DNA of 64,000 nucleotides, taken from an uncultured Candidatus Saccharibacteria bacterium (GTDB taxonomy: Bacteria > Patescibacteriota > Minisyncoccia > UBA6257 > 2-01-FULL-56-20). Location of the stretch: NCBI GenBank assembly GCA_964484655.1, contig CAZAFA010000003.1, forward strand, positions 28,147 through 92,146, in the 5' to 3' direction. A program made the translations under genes and the position numbers. The notes below the pieces were generated by a model, which was not told where the DNA came from, made no database searches, and saw only the letters and a list, made by a program, of their open reading frames with translations. Of this stretch, positions 37,807 through 48,068 are shown in pieces (position 1 is the first letter of the stretch; every line of letters starts with the position of its first letter).

Positions 37807-39357
37807 CTAGCTGCTCGCGGCGCCTCGCGTCTTCGGCGTCACCCAGAAGCCGAGCCGGAACCGGCCGCCGAGCGCGAGACGCGTCTGCGCCTCCAAGCCT
37901 GGGAAAGCGCCGAAGACGATCAGCGAGAGCGGGAGGAGGAGCCACTGCAGCACGAACCACGCGTACTGCCGCTTCCTGAAGTTGGCTGGACGCGGCGGAA
38001 GGAGCGTGATCGCCATGATCGCCGACGAGACGATCGTCACCATGGAGAGGGTGATGACGAAACGCGTGATGCGCGGGAGGTTGTACGAGAGGAGCGTGTT
38101 GTTGAACGCCTCACCGCCGAGCATGAGCGGGAGCCAGCCGAGCACGAAGATCATGATGCTGTTGGTCGCCCAAGAGTGGAATCCCTCGAGGCCGGAGAAG
38201 GTCCAATAGAGCTTCTTGCGCAGCGCGATGCGCTTGTTCTCGATGAATCCCTCGAGCATGTACGGCATGTTCTCGACGCCCCAGCCCCAGCGGCGCTGCT
38301 GCTTGTAGAGGTTGATCATGGTCTTCCAGAAGCTCGGGACGACGTTCGCGTCCATGTACACCGGGAAGTGGAGCGGTACCACCGAGAAGTCGCCGTCGTA
38401 GCGGAAGAACGCCTGCCAGAAGATGCGCGAGTCCTCTGAGACGACGTCCTTGTGCCAGTACCCGACGTCCATGAGGAGCCGCAGCGGGACCGCCTGCGAC
38501 GAGAAGGTCGTCAGGCGCTCCGGCCGGGACTGCTGCATCATCTGCCAGAACGTGCAGCTCCAGGCGATGACGCGCCCGAGCGCTGGCGTCTCGTACACGT
38601 TGTTGGTGAAGAACGGCACCGGCTGATAGATCTTCCGGAGCGGGTCGGGCGAGGTGAGGTAGGCGTGCGCGACGCGGCCGAAGTATCCGTTCGGGATCTG
38701 CGTGTCCACGTCGAAGACGGAGACGATGACGCGACGGGGGTCGACGCCCTTCTCGGTGATGAGCTTCGGCACCGCGATCGCCCCGGCGTACGCCTCGTTG
38801 CTCCCCTTCCCCTGGATCTCGCCAGGCAGGCCGTCCGGATGGACGGTGACGAGGAACGAGCCGAAGCGCGACCCGAACTCCTCCTCGATCAGACGCGCGG
38901 TCTCGAGCGGCGCGTCGCCTGCGCGCTCCTCGAGCGCGAGCACGACGTCGAACGACTCGAGCGGATAGCGCGCCTGCGTCAGGGAACGGAAGCTCTCGCG
39001 CACGAGCTCGTACGGCTCGGTGTACATCGGCAGCATGATGAGATGCCGGATATCGCGCCACGAGCCGATTCCCTCGACGGTGAGATCGTCCGGTTTGAGC
39101 TCGTCGAGCCGCGCTTCCCAGTCCACGTCGAGGTTCGCGCGCAGCTTCTTGTAGGTGGACCGGAGGTGGAACGCGAGGAAGACGGACTTCAGGAGCCAGT
39201 ACGTATCGAAGAGGATGATGAAGATGGCGGCCCAGACCGGCACGAGCCATGAGGCGAGGACCATGCCGACGAGTGTCGCCCAGGCGAGGATCGCCGGCAC
39301 TGTCTCGAAGAACCGCATGCGGCGGCTCTTCCTGGCGGGATACGCGTCGGCGTCCAT
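37807..39357 (-). CDS. Membrane GT2 glycosyltransferase (processive-type motifs)
   Basis: GKGSNE, FDVDT, SEDSRIF, QQRRWGWG (QxxRW) plus TM helices. Confidence 0.85.
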   Translation of the reverse strand: MDADAYPARKSRRMRFFETVPAILAWATLVGMVLASWLVPVWAAIFIILFDTYWLLKSVFLAFHLRSTYKKLRANLDVDWEARLDELKPDDLTVEGIGSWRDIRHLIMLPMYTEPYELVRESFRSLTQARYPLESFDVVLALEERAGDAPLETARLIEEEFGSRFGSFLVTVHPDGLPGEIQGKGSNEAYAGAIAVPKLITEKGVDPRRVIVSVFDVDTQIPNGYFGRVAHAYLTSPDPLRKIYQPVPFFTNNVYETPALGRVIAWSCTFWQMMQQSRPERLTTFSSQAVPLRLLMDVGYWHKDVVSEDSRIFWQAFFRYDGDFSVVPLHFPVYMDANVVPSFWKTMINLYKQQRRWGWGVENMPYMLEGFIENKRIALRKKLYWTFSGLEGFHSWATNSIMIFVLGWLPLMLGGEAFNNTLLSYNLPRITRFVITLSMVTIVSSAIMAITLLPPRPANFRKRQYAWFVLQWLLLPLSLIVFGAFPGLEAQTRLALGGRFRLGFWVTPKTRGAASS

Positions 39358-39450
39358 CTGATGCAATGGTAGCGCGCAGGGCGCTTGAAGCCTGGGGATA
39401 CTACGCCCGGCTTCACGGAGCGGCAAGGTGGCCATGCTATCCTCCTTTAT

Positions 39451-39804
39451 ATGAAGGACATACCGCCCATCGTATTCATAGCCGGAGCTGTCGTGCTCGG
39501 AGTCGTCGCCCTGGCCCTCCTCATCTTCTTCCGGCCGCGGACGGCGGTCGTGCAGACGCCGGCTCAACCCGGACTCCCCACGCAGACCCAGGGCGTCCTG
39601 AAGGGCTTCGACAGCTACAACCTGCCCGGATCTCCCGAGGGCATCTCCCAACCGAACACGACCCGTCTACCCGGGAAGCCTGCGCCGACCACGCAGCCGC
39701 AGGAACCGACATACTGCACGCAGGACGCGATGCTCTGCCCGGACGGCAGCTACGTCGGCCGCGTGCCGCCGAGCTGCCAGTTCGCGGCGTGCCCGGGGAG
39801 CTAG
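39451..39804 (+). CDS. Small membrane-anchored protein with Cys-rich CTQDAMLCPDGSYVGR..C.F..CP motif
   Basis: N-terminal TM, Pro/Thr linker, 4-Cys motif; TATCCT 7 nt before ATG. Confidence 0.75.
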   Translation: MKDIPPIVFIAGAVVLGVVALALLIFFRPRTAVVQTPAQPGLPTQTQGVLKGFDSYNLPGSPEGISQPNTTRLPGKPAPTTQPQEPTYCTQDAMLCPDGSYVGRVPPSCQFAACPGS

Positions 39805-39828
39805 CGTGTAAAAAATAAGCTCAGAAAT

Positions 39829-39860
39829 TATTTGAGGGCATCATGCGATGCCCTCAAATA
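39829..39860. terminator. Bidirectional hairpin
   Basis: TATTTGAGGGCATC-ATGC-GATGCCCTCAAATA 14-bp stem. Confidence 0.75.
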
Positions 39861-39862
39861 CT

Positions 39863-40249
39863 TCATAGCGTCTCTTTTTCGGTTCCAAAGAATCTATGTA
39901 TAACCTCGTCGAAAGTATCGGCTCCTCCCGGCAGATGTTCCCTGACCGCCCAGGCGAAACCGACGAAGCCATTTCGAAACTTATTGCCGATGTATTCATC
40001 AGCAAGATCGGGATACAGATCCAGCTTGAAGATCGCGCTGAATGACCGAAGCATGACCTCTATTCCGCTCGCATACGGATTGCTCCGTATGAGGCAGGAC
40101 GCCTTGTGTTGGGCAGCATCGAGCATGGCTGCGACAACGTCGTCCTCGGTCATTCCGGCTGATTTTTTCTCTACAACCTCCAAGATTGCGGTTCGTAATT
40201 CCGATATCTTCTTTTCTCTCTCTTTCTGCTTTGCAGAAAAATTTCCCAT
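39863..40249 (-). CDS. Low-GC orphan protein downstream of tRNA-Glu
   Basis: AAGGAG SD, TTGCTA-16-TATAAT promoter, AT-rich codons. Confidence 0.65.
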   Translation of the reverse strand: MGNFSAKQKEREKKISELRTAILEVVEKKSAGMTEDDVVAAMLDAAQHKASCLIRSNPYASGIEVMLRSFSAIFKLDLYPDLADEYIGNKFRNGFVGFAWAVREHLPGGADTFDEVIHRFFGTEKETL

Positions 40250-40347
40250 ATCCTATCTCCTTAGTTTCTAAATTGAGTGATAACACTCTTGCCGAATACA
40301 TTATACAACAAATTATGGAATTAGCAATATATCGCGTCCTTCCTCTC

Positions 40348-40425
40348 TGGTAGCCCCAACGGGATTCGAACCCGTGTTTTCGCCGTGAAAGGGCGACGTC
40401 CTGGACCGGGCTAGACGATAGGGCC
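40348..40425 (-). tRNA. tRNA-Glu(TTC)
   Basis: GGCCCTATCGTCTAG...TCGCC-CTTTCAC-GGCGA...GGTTCGAATCCCGTTGGGGCTACCA. Confidence 0.94.
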
Positions 40426-40506
40426 GTATAGCGAAGGCAGTGTAGCCGAGCGCTCCCCTGCTCTCAACGCCTTTATATAAGGAGAAGCTCCGTGCATACT
40501 CCCTCC

Positions 40507-41550
40507 GTGATCAGGAGGATACTCGCCATCGAGACCAGCTTCGACGAGACGGGCATCGCCCTCGTCGAGCAGTCCGGCACCAAGGAGGCGCCGCGCTTCA
40601 AGGTGCTGCGCAACGCGCTCGCCACGCAGATCGAGAAGCACCGCCCCGCGGGCGGCGTCATCCCCAACCTCGCACGCAACGAGCATCTGAAGAACTTCCC
40701 CGTGATGCTCGCGCTCGCGGGCGGCGACGAGCCCGGATTCTGGGACGAGGTAGACATGATCGCAGTCACGGTATGCCCCGGCCTCGAGCCCGCGCTCTGG
40801 GTCGGCATCGAGGCCGCGAAGGCGCTCGCCGCTGAGAAGGGCAAGCCGCTCATGGGCGTGCACCACATGCAGGGACACCTCTACAGCCCGCTCATGGAGA
40901 TGCCCGAGGACGATTCGGTGCCGGCGCCGAGCGCGGGCATCCGCTTCCCCGCGATCGCGCTCGTCGTCTCCGGCGCGCATACCATGCTGCTTCACATGCC
41001 GGACCTGCATTCGTGGCAGCTGCTGGGCGAGACGCGCGACGACGCAGTCGGCGAAGCGTACGACAAGGTCGCGCGCATGCTCGGCCTCAGCTATCCCGGC
41101 GGGCCGGAGATCCAGAAGCTGGCGCAGGACGGCGACCCGCACGCTATCGCCTTCCCCCGACCCATGGTCCACGAGAAGAACTGGGACTTCAGCTTCTCGG
41201 GACTCAAGACCGCCGTGCTCTACCACCTCCGCAATAACCCGGCAGCGCCGAAGGCGGACGTTGCCGCATCCTTCCAGGAGGCGGCCGTCGACGTGCTCGC
41301 GACGAAGCTCTTCCGCGCCGCGGACGAGTTCGCCGCGCCGAGCATCCTGCTCGCGGGCGGCGTCGCCGCGAACGCGGCGCTCCGCGCGCGGCTGCAGGCG
41401 GGCGCCGACGAGCGCGGCATCGCCTTCCTCATGCCGCCGATGGCGTACAACACCGATAACGCGGCCATGATCGCGGTCGCCGCGCACATGGCGCTCTTGC
41501 GGGGCGCCGACCCGCTCCCGCTCGAGGCGCGCGGACGCGTACCGATGTGA
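40507..41550 (+). CDS. tsaD: tRNA N6-adenosine threonylcarbamoyltransferase
   Basis: ILAIETSFDET, HHMQGH, TRDDAVGEAYDKVAR, DFSFSGLKTA, TDNAAMI; GTG start 6 nt after CATACT. Confidence 0.95.
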   Translation: MIRRILAIETSFDETGIALVEQSGTKEAPRFKVLRNALATQIEKHRPAGGVIPNLARNEHLKNFPVMLALAGGDEPGFWDEVDMIAVTVCPGLEPALWVGIEAAKALAAEKGKPLMGVHHMQGHLYSPLMEMPEDDSVPAPSAGIRFPAIALVVSGAHTMLLHMPDLHSWQLLGETRDDAVGEAYDKVARMLGLSYPGGPEIQKLAQDGDPHAIAFPRPMVHEKNWDFSFSGLKTAVLYHLRNNPAAPKADVAASFQEAAVDVLATKLFRAADEFAAPSILLAGGVAANAALRARLQAGADERGIAFLMPPMAYNTDNAAMIAVAAHMALLRGADPLPLEARGRVPM

Positions 41551-41552
41551 CG

Positions 41553-41577
41553 AGAGGCGCTCCGCAGGAGCGCCTCT
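41553..41577. terminator. Bidirectional hairpin
   Basis: AGAGGCGCTCC-GCA-GGAGCGCCTCT. Confidence 0.7.
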
Positions 41578-41580
41578 TCT

Positions 41581-41886
41581 TTAGTGGTTGCCGTTGTACA
41601 CGGGCTCGGGCAGCTGCCCGGAACGGATGCGCCTGAGCGTCTTCCACGCCGTATCGGCGAACTGCTTGATCGTCTCGATCGCGAGCGGCTTGCCGCCGTC
41701 GTGCTCGAGGGCGGGATTGATCATGTCGCGCGCGCCCCGCGCGGCGACGTCGATCTCGATGTCGCTCGGCGGGACGTCCAGCCGCAATCCTGATCCGGCG
41801 CTCAGCCGCACCTGCTCGAGCGTCAGCGCGAGCACTGACACGATGCTCGTCACGACCGTCGCCCTGTTCTTGATGATGTCCGTCAT
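41581..41886 (-). CDS. Orphan protein (101 aa)
   Basis: AGGAGG SD upstream, terminator downstream, no recognisable motif. Confidence 0.6.
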   Translation of the reverse strand: MTDIIKNRATVVTSIVSVLALTLEQVRLSAGSGLRLDVPPSDIEIDVAARGARDMINPALEHDGGKPLAIETIKQFADTAWKTLRRIRSGQLPEPVYNGNH

Positions 41887-41995
41887 ATGCGGTTTTCGCC
41901 TCCTGGCGGCAGGAGAACATACGGGAGCCGGTTTGTAAACGGAGCCTTATCCGGCACGAGTAGCTGAAGCCCCCGAAAGGCCTATAATTCCGCCT

Positions 41996-44164
41996 ATGGA
42001 GCCCCGCTTCGACCACGATACGGAGGAGTCCCGGCTCTACGCGGCCTGGGAAGCCGCCGGATGCTTCACCCCCGAGCGCAACGTGGCCTCGGGCCTCGCG
42101 CAGAAGGACAGCAAGGCGTTCTCGATCGTGCTGCCGCCGCCGAACGTGACCGGCACGCTCCACACCGGCCACGCGATGATGCTCGCCGTCGAGGACATCC
42201 TGGTGCGCTATCACCGCATGAAGGGCGACCGCACCCTCTGGATCCCGGGAACCGACCATGCGGCCATCGCGACGCAGGAGAAGGTGGAGAAGGAGCTGTA
42301 CAAGTCTGAGAAGCTCACGCGCCACGACCTCGGCCGCGAGGTGTTCCTCAAGCGCGTCGAGGAGTTCGCCCAGGAAAGCCACGACACCATCGCGGACCAG
42401 ATCCGCGCCATGGGCGCGTCCGTGGACTGGACGCGCGAGGCGTACACACTCGACGCGACGCGCAACCGCGCGGTCGTGGAGATGTTCTGCCGCATGCACG
42501 AGGACGGCCTCATCTACCGCGGCGCGCGCATCGTCAACTGGGACCCGAAGATGCAGACCACCGTCTCCGACGAGGAGATCGAATGGGTCGAGGAGAAGGC
42601 ACCCCTCTACTACCTCCAGTACGGCCCCTTCGAGATCGCCACGGCGCGGCCGGAGACCAAGTTCGGCGACAAGTACGTGGTGGTCCATCCGGACGACCCG
42701 CGGTACGCGCAGTACGCGGACCGGCAGACCTTCGAGCTCGAGTGGATCAACGGCCCGGTGACGGCGACCCTCGTTAAGGATCCGGTCATCGACATGGAAT
42801 TCGGCACCGGCGCCATGACGATCACGCCGTGGCACGACGCGGTGGACTTCGAGATCGCGGAGCGACACGGCCTCGACAAGGAGCAGATCATCGACGAGTA
42901 CGGGAAGCTCCGGGAGGTCGCGGGCGACCTCGCCGGCATGAAGATCGGCCCGGCGCGCGAGGCGGTGGTCGAGAAGCTGCGCGCGAAGGGGCTCGTCACG
43001 CGCGTCGACGAGGACTACGTGCATCGCACCGCGCGCAGCAGCCGCGGCGGCGGCAAGATCGAGCCGCAGATCAAGGAGCAGTGGTTCGTCGCGGTGCACG
43101 AGCCGTTCCTCCTGCGCCAGAGCGTCATCGACGGCGTGCCGCCCGGGAGCGAGGTCACGCTCGCGCAGCTGATGGAGCACGTGGTCGAGCGCGGACTGGT
43201 GGAGATCATCCCCGAGTACGCCGCGAAGACGTACTTCCACTGGATCCGCAACCTCCGCGACTGGTGCATCAGCCGCCAGATCTGGTACGGGCACCGCATC
43301 CCCGCCTGGTACCGGGACGGCAAGACGTACGTCGGCCGCACCGCTCCCGAAGGAGACGGCTGGTCGCAGGATCCGGACACGCTCGACACCTGGTTCTCGT
43401 CGGGCATGTGGACGTTCTCGACGCTCGGATGGCCGGAGGACACCGAGGACCTGCGGACCTACCACCCGACCGCGGTCCTCGAGACCGGCACCGACATCCT
43501 CTTCTTCTGGGTGGCGCGCATGATCCTCATGAGCACGTACGCCCTCGGCGACGTCCCCTTCCGCACGGCCTACCTGCACGGCCTCGTCCTCGACGCGAAG
43601 GGGCAGAAGATGAGCAAGTCGAAGAACAACGGCATCGACCCGCGCGACATGATCGAGCTCTACGGCGCCGATGCGCTCCGCATGGCGCTTGTCGTCGGCG
43701 TGACGCCTGGGAGCGAGCAGCGCCTGACCGAGGACAAGATCCGCGGCTACCGGAACTTCACGACCAAGGTATGGAACCTGGGGCGCTTCGTCCTGAGCAG
43801 CAAGCCGGACGGCTTCGAGGCCTCGTCGGTGGCTCTCACCGAGGCCGACGAGGCGAGGATCGCCGAGGCTCGCGCGATGCGGGACGAGATCGCGCAGCAC
43901 CTGGACCGCTTCGAGCTGCATCTCGCGGGCGAGAAGGCGTACCACTACGTCTGGCACACCTTCGCGGACAAGGTCGTCGAGGAAGCCAAGCCGCGCCTGC
44001 GCGGCGACGATCCCGCGGACGCGGCGGCGGCCTGGGCGATGCTCGAGGAGGTGCTCGAGACCTGCCTCGGATTCCTGCATCCGTTCATGCCCTTCGTCAC
44101 CGAGCAGGTGCACCAGCACGTCCGCGACGGCGGCTGGCTCATGACACGCCGCTGGAACGCATGA
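41996..44164 (+). CDS. valS: Valine--tRNA ligase (lacks C-terminal coiled coil)
   Basis: PPPNVTGTLHTGHA, DWCISRQIWYGHRIP, DTLDTWFSS, KMSKS. Confidence 0.97.
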   Translation: MEPRFDHDTEESRLYAAWEAAGCFTPERNVASGLAQKDSKAFSIVLPPPNVTGTLHTGHAMMLAVEDILVRYHRMKGDRTLWIPGTDHAAIATQEKVEKELYKSEKLTRHDLGREVFLKRVEEFAQESHDTIADQIRAMGASVDWTREAYTLDATRNRAVVEMFCRMHEDGLIYRGARIVNWDPKMQTTVSDEEIEWVEEKAPLYYLQYGPFEIATARPETKFGDKYVVVHPDDPRYAQYADRQTFELEWINGPVTATLVKDPVIDMEFGTGAMTITPWHDAVDFEIAERHGLDKEQIIDEYGKLREVAGDLAGMKIGPAREAVVEKLRAKGLVTRVDEDYVHRTARSSRGGGKIEPQIKEQWFVAVHEPFLLRQSVIDGVPPGSEVTLAQLMEHVVERGLVEIIPEYAAKTYFHWIRNLRDWCISRQIWYGHRIPAWYRDGKTYVGRTAPEGDGWSQDPDTLDTWFSSGMWTFSTLGWPEDTEDLRTYHPTAVLETGTDILFFWVARMILMSTYALGDVPFRTAYLHGLVLDAKGQKMSKSKNNGIDPRDMIELYGADALRMALVVGVTPGSEQRLTEDKIRGYRNFTTKVWNLGRFVLSSKPDGFEASSVALTEADEARIAEARAMRDEIAQHLDRFELHLAGEKAYHYVWHTFADKVVEEAKPRLRGDDPADAAAAWAMLEEVLETCLGFLHPFMPFVTEQVHQHVRDGGWLMTRRWNA

Positions 44165-44874
44165 GCCTCCTCTCGGTAGCCATCGGCCTCCTGCCCGGCA
44201 TGACCTGGCTCCTGTTCTACCTCCGCGAGGACGGCAAGCGCGAGCCGTTCTTCGCCATCGTAAGAGTCTTCGTCGCCGGCGCGGTCGCCGCGTTCGCCGG
44301 GCTCGCCGTCCAGCTCCTGATCCGCGGGCAGCTCGCCGGAGACAACCTGGGCATAGCGAGCAGCGGTCACACGTTCCTGTACGCGAGCATCGAGGAGATC
44401 GTGAAATTCGGCGCGGCGTTCCTCGCGATCCGCTACTCGCGGGCGCTCGACGAGCCGGTCGACGCCATCTTCTATCCGATCGTCGCGGCGCTCGGGTTCG
44501 CCAGCGTGGAGAACATCTCGGTCGCGTACACCCTCATCGCAGGCGGCTCGATCTCTGGCGCGTTCGAGGTCATCACGCTCCGATTCGTAGGCGCGACGTT
44601 CATCCATACGGTCGCGAGCGGCACCGCCGGCTTCTTCTGGGGACACTCCCTCATGCGTTACGGCAACTCGCTCCTCGCGCTCGTCGGCCTCGTCGTCGCT
44701 TCCGCGTTGCACGGCACGTTCAACCTTCTTATACTTTGGTACGGAAACACCGTGTACACGTTCGCGTTCCTCGCCGGCGCCGTGATGCTCGTCCTGTACG
44801 ACTTCCGCGAGATCCGCAGCGAGGAACGCAAGCTCGGTCTCCTGCCACCGCTCACCACCTCCCGTGTCCGATAA
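44161..44874 (+). CDS. PrsW-family intramembrane glutamic protease
   Basis: EEIVKF, ALGFASVEN, TFIHT, LHGTFN; ATGA overlap with valS stop. Confidence 0.88.
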   Translation: MSLLSVAIGLLPGMTWLLFYLREDGKREPFFAIVRVFVAGAVAAFAGLAVQLLIRGQLAGDNLGIASSGHTFLYASIEEIVKFGAAFLAIRYSRALDEPVDAIFYPIVAALGFASVENISVAYTLIAGGSISGAFEVITLRFVGATFIHTVASGTAGFFWGHSLMRYGNSLLALVGLVVASALHGTFNLLILWYGNTVYTFAFLAGAVMLVLYDFREIRSEERKLGLLPPLTTSRVR

Positions 44875-45430
44875 CCTCTTCCCTTACACCGTGAACGAAG
44901 CCGGCTACGTCGACGATCCGAACTTCCGGGAGCCTTCCTTCTTCGCGGAGCTCGCGAAGGCGAGCGACCCGGTCCCGATGCCGGTCGCCGAGCCCGCGGT
45001 CGCGCGCACCGCGACGCACGTGCACGAGCTTCCCGTCATCGAGGTGGGAGCCGGAGAGGACGAGAGCGACGACGACGAAGAGGACGAGGGCCCGGACGGA
45101 CAGCTCGCGATCGACGTCTATCAGACGCCGACGGACATCATCATCCGCGCGCCCATCGCCGGCGTCGCCAAGCCGGAGGACATCGAGATCCACATCGCCC
45201 ACGACGTCGTGACGATCCGCGGCGAGCGCAAGCCGGACGTGAAGGTAGCAGAGAGCGACTACCTCTACCAGGAATGCTACTGGGGGCGGTTCTCCCGGAG
45301 CGTGGTCCTGCCCCAGGAGGTGGACGCGGCGGCGGCGGTTGCAAATTTCTCGCGCAACGGTATCCTCTCCCTACGTCTGCCGAAGCTCGTCCGCGAGAAG
45401 GCACGCAAGGTCTCGGTCCGGTTCAGCTAA
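44864..45430 (+). CDS. Small heat-shock protein (Hsp20) with acidic N-terminus
   Basis: GQLAIDVYQT, VTIRGER, ECYWGRFSRSVVLP, NGILSLRLPK; start uncertain. Confidence 0.88.
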   Translation: MSDNLFPYTVNEAGYVDDPNFREPSFFAELAKASDPVPMPVAEPAVARTATHVHELPVIEVGAGEDESDDDEEDEGPDGQLAIDVYQTPTDIIIRAPIAGVAKPEDIEIHIAHDVVTIRGERKPDVKVAESDYLYQECYWGRFSRSVVLPQEVDAAAAVANFSRNGILSLRLPKLVREKARKVSVRFS

Positions 45431-45470
45431 ATCAAGGCTTTTCCGGCCTGCCCCCTCTCTCAACACGCCA

Positions 45471-45656
45471 ATGCGCCAGTGCATGCTCTGCCTCAAGGGA
45501 TCGGTCATCCGCGGGAAGCGGCGTCTTCTGCGCGGCCACTACAACCCGGTCTCGAAGTCGCGCAAGTACCCCAACCTCCAGAAGACGAAGGTCCTCGGCA
45601 TCACGGTGAAGGCCTGCACCAAGTGCATGCGCACCCTCGCCCGGACGGACCGGTAG
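45471..45656 (+). CDS. rpmB: 50S ribosomal protein bL28
   Basis: MRQCMLCLKG...KYPNLQK...ACTKCMRT. Confidence 0.88.
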   Translation: MRQCMLCLKGSVIRGKRRLLRGHYNPVSKSRKYPNLQKTKVLGITVKACTKCMRTLARTDR

Positions 45657-45661
45657 CGAAG

Positions 45662-45735
45662 CGGGCTGTAGTATACCGGTAGTACGCATGCATGGGGTGC
45701 ATGTAGACCGGGTTCAATTCCCGGCAGCCCGACCA
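45662..45735 (+). tRNA. tRNA-Pro(GGG)
   Basis: CGGGCTGTAG...CATGC-ATGGGGT-GCATG...GGTTCAATTCCCGGCAGCCCGACCA. Confidence 0.92.
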
Positions 45736-45739
45736 GGCA

Positions 45740-45772
45740 ACGCGAAAGCCGCTCATCGAGCGGCTTTCGCGT
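45740..45772. terminator. Hairpin after tRNA-Pro
   Basis: ACGCGAAAGCCGCTC-ATC-GAGCGGCTTTCGCGT 15-bp stem. Confidence 0.75.
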
Positions 45773-45773
45773 A

Positions 45774-45884
45774 CCCCGTAGAGATTGACCCGGCCAGAAG
45801 CCAGGTGGGAGAGCTCAGCGTACGGCCCACGGGCCGAAGCGATTCGCAATCCCCTTTCATTAGCAGTCGAGAATCTCTACGGGG
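45774..45884. repeat. 111-bp element bounded by perfect 13-bp inverted repeats (MITE-like or structured ncRNA)
   Basis: CCCCGTAGAGATT (45774-45786) ... AATCTCTACGGGG (45872-45884); inner hairpin CGGCC-CACG-GGCCG. Confidence 0.65.
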
Positions 45885-45926
45885 CTGCCTTACCCTACCA
45901 TGCCGGCATGGTAGAATGCACCCTGC

Positions 45927-47234
45927 ATGACGCTCCGCACGCGCCGCATATTCTTCTGGTCGCTTATCCCCTGCTTCGTCGTGGGCGGGGCGGCCGCGGT
46001 GCTCTACTCCCAGGGATACCGTATCGACACCGAGACCCGGCAGGTCGCCAAGGTCGGTGCCCTTTTCGTGCGCGGCTTCCCGAAGACGGCGCACATCACG
46101 CTCGACGGCGAGACGCTCAACACGGGATCGTGGTGGCCCCTCCAGAGCGGCACGCTCGTCGGCAGTCTCGTGCCCGGAACATACAGCCTCCATGCCGAAG
46201 CGCCCGGCTTCCGGACCTGGGACGCGGAGGTGGTGATCCGTCCCGCGCTCGTCACCGAGCGCAAGTCGCTCATCCTCTTCCCTGACCGGCAGGTCCCGCT
46301 CGTCATGGCTACCGGCACGGCTGCCGCGGACATCGACGCTCCGGACGACTTCGAGCGCCCGGTCGTGATCACCGGCGCGGACAATCCGCGCGCGGTCGTC
46401 GGGACCGCGGCGGTGCCAGGCACGTACGTGGGCACGGTGAACGGGAAGCTCGCGCTCACCTCGGCGGTGCGCCGCGGCAAGGTCACCGGCCAGATCCTCA
46501 CCCTCCAGGCCCCGACTGAACCCGCGGCCACGACCGTCACCCTGCAGGGCGAGGGCGAGACCGCCGTCATGGCCGATTCCGTGCTCCACCGCGAGAGCAG
46601 CCGCCTGATCGCTGCTTACGACGGCTCCACTGGCCGCCGTACGGTGTTCGCCTCCTCTACGGACCCGATCGGCGCCTATATCCGGACGTCCTCCGTGGAC
46701 GCCTGGCAGACGCTGGGCGCCCGCCCGCAGCTGCAGATCCGCCGCAGAGGAGCCACCTCCGTCATCGCTATCCCCCTGGGCGAGATCGCGTCCATACAGC
46801 GCTCCGGGGCGGCCCTGGGAATCGCCGGCAAGAACGGCAGCCTCTGGCTCGTCAACCCCGACTCGGGCGCCATCCAGGAGATCGGACACCGCGCGGCGCA
46901 CGCCTCCTGGAAGGATGATGGGAGCGCCGTCGCCGCCATCATCGACGACCAGATCGAGGTCATCCCGCTCAAGCGCGACGTGCCGCACGGCAGGCTCTCC
47001 GGAATCCTCGATCGCGCGGACAAGGTCCGCCGCATCGCCTGGTACCCGGACGGCGAGCATCTCTTCGTCGAGACCTCGGAGGCGCTCCTGTTCGCCGACG
47101 TCATCGACGGAAGCACAGCAGAGCAGCACGCATACCGACTGCCCCTTCCGGACGCATGGTCCTATTCCGACAGGAACAAGGCGCTCTACGTCATCCGCGG
47201 CGGCGCCGCGCTCAGCTACGTGTTCCCCGACTAG
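45927..47234 (+). CDS. PEGA-domain membrane-anchored protein with beta-propeller-like C-terminus
   Basis: TM then YSQGYRID...GALFVRGFP.TAHITLDG...LVPGTYSLHAEAPGFRTW. Confidence 0.8.
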   Translation: MTLRTRRIFFWSLIPCFVVGGAAAVLYSQGYRIDTETRQVAKVGALFVRGFPKTAHITLDGETLNTGSWWPLQSGTLVGSLVPGTYSLHAEAPGFRTWDAEVVIRPALVTERKSLILFPDRQVPLVMATGTAAADIDAPDDFERPVVITGADNPRAVVGTAAVPGTYVGTVNGKLALTSAVRRGKVTGQILTLQAPTEPAATTVTLQGEGETAVMADSVLHRESSRLIAAYDGSTGRRTVFASSTDPIGAYIRTSSVDAWQTLGARPQLQIRRRGATSVIAIPLGEIASIQRSGAALGIAGKNGSLWLVNPDSGAIQEIGHRAAHASWKDDGSAVAAIIDDQIEVIPLKRDVPHGRLSGILDRADKVRRIAWYPDGEHLFVETSEALLFADVIDGSTAEQHAYRLPLPDAWSYSDRNKALYVIRGGAALSYVFPD

Positions 47235-47669
47235 GCCGGAGATACGCCCACGCGGCCGTCAAAGCGCCTCCGAGCAGGTCCAGCGCGAGATCCTTCATCG
47301 TGTCCCATCGCAGGTTGAACGGCGGCTGGTCGAGAAGGCGGGGCACGTCGGCCCAGGTGGCTCCCCAGGCCCGCAGGCGCGACGCATCGGCCGCCAGTTC
47401 CAGGAACTCCCAGAGGATGCCGACGAGCGCGACGAAGCAGACGAGGCCGAATGCCTGCGCCCACCGCGGCAGCGCCGCGTAGCCGCGGATGCGGTCCCGG
47501 TACGCATACGCGAGCCATGCCACGAGGACGCCGCCGCCGAGGTGCGCGACGATATCGATCCACGGATAGTCGTAATACCAGCCGCGCTGGTTCGCGAGCA
47601 GGTGCAGGAAAGCGAAACCCGCCACGTACGCTCCAAGCGATACGGGCGGGCTCTTGCGGGATACAGCGC

Positions 47670-47685
<16 letters not shown>
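47212..47685 (-). CDS. Membrane protein (VanZ/DUF2238-like), start uncertain
   Basis: WIDIVAHLGGG, LWEFLE, DTMKDLALDLLG. Confidence 0.7.

Positions 47686-48060
<375 letters not shown>

Positions 48061-48068
<8 letters not shown>

Noticed and set aside
45774-45884. SRP RNA or tRNA
   Set aside because: No SRP domain IV motif (CAGG...GGAA...GCAG) and no T-loop GTTC or cloverleaf; retained only as an unassigned element.
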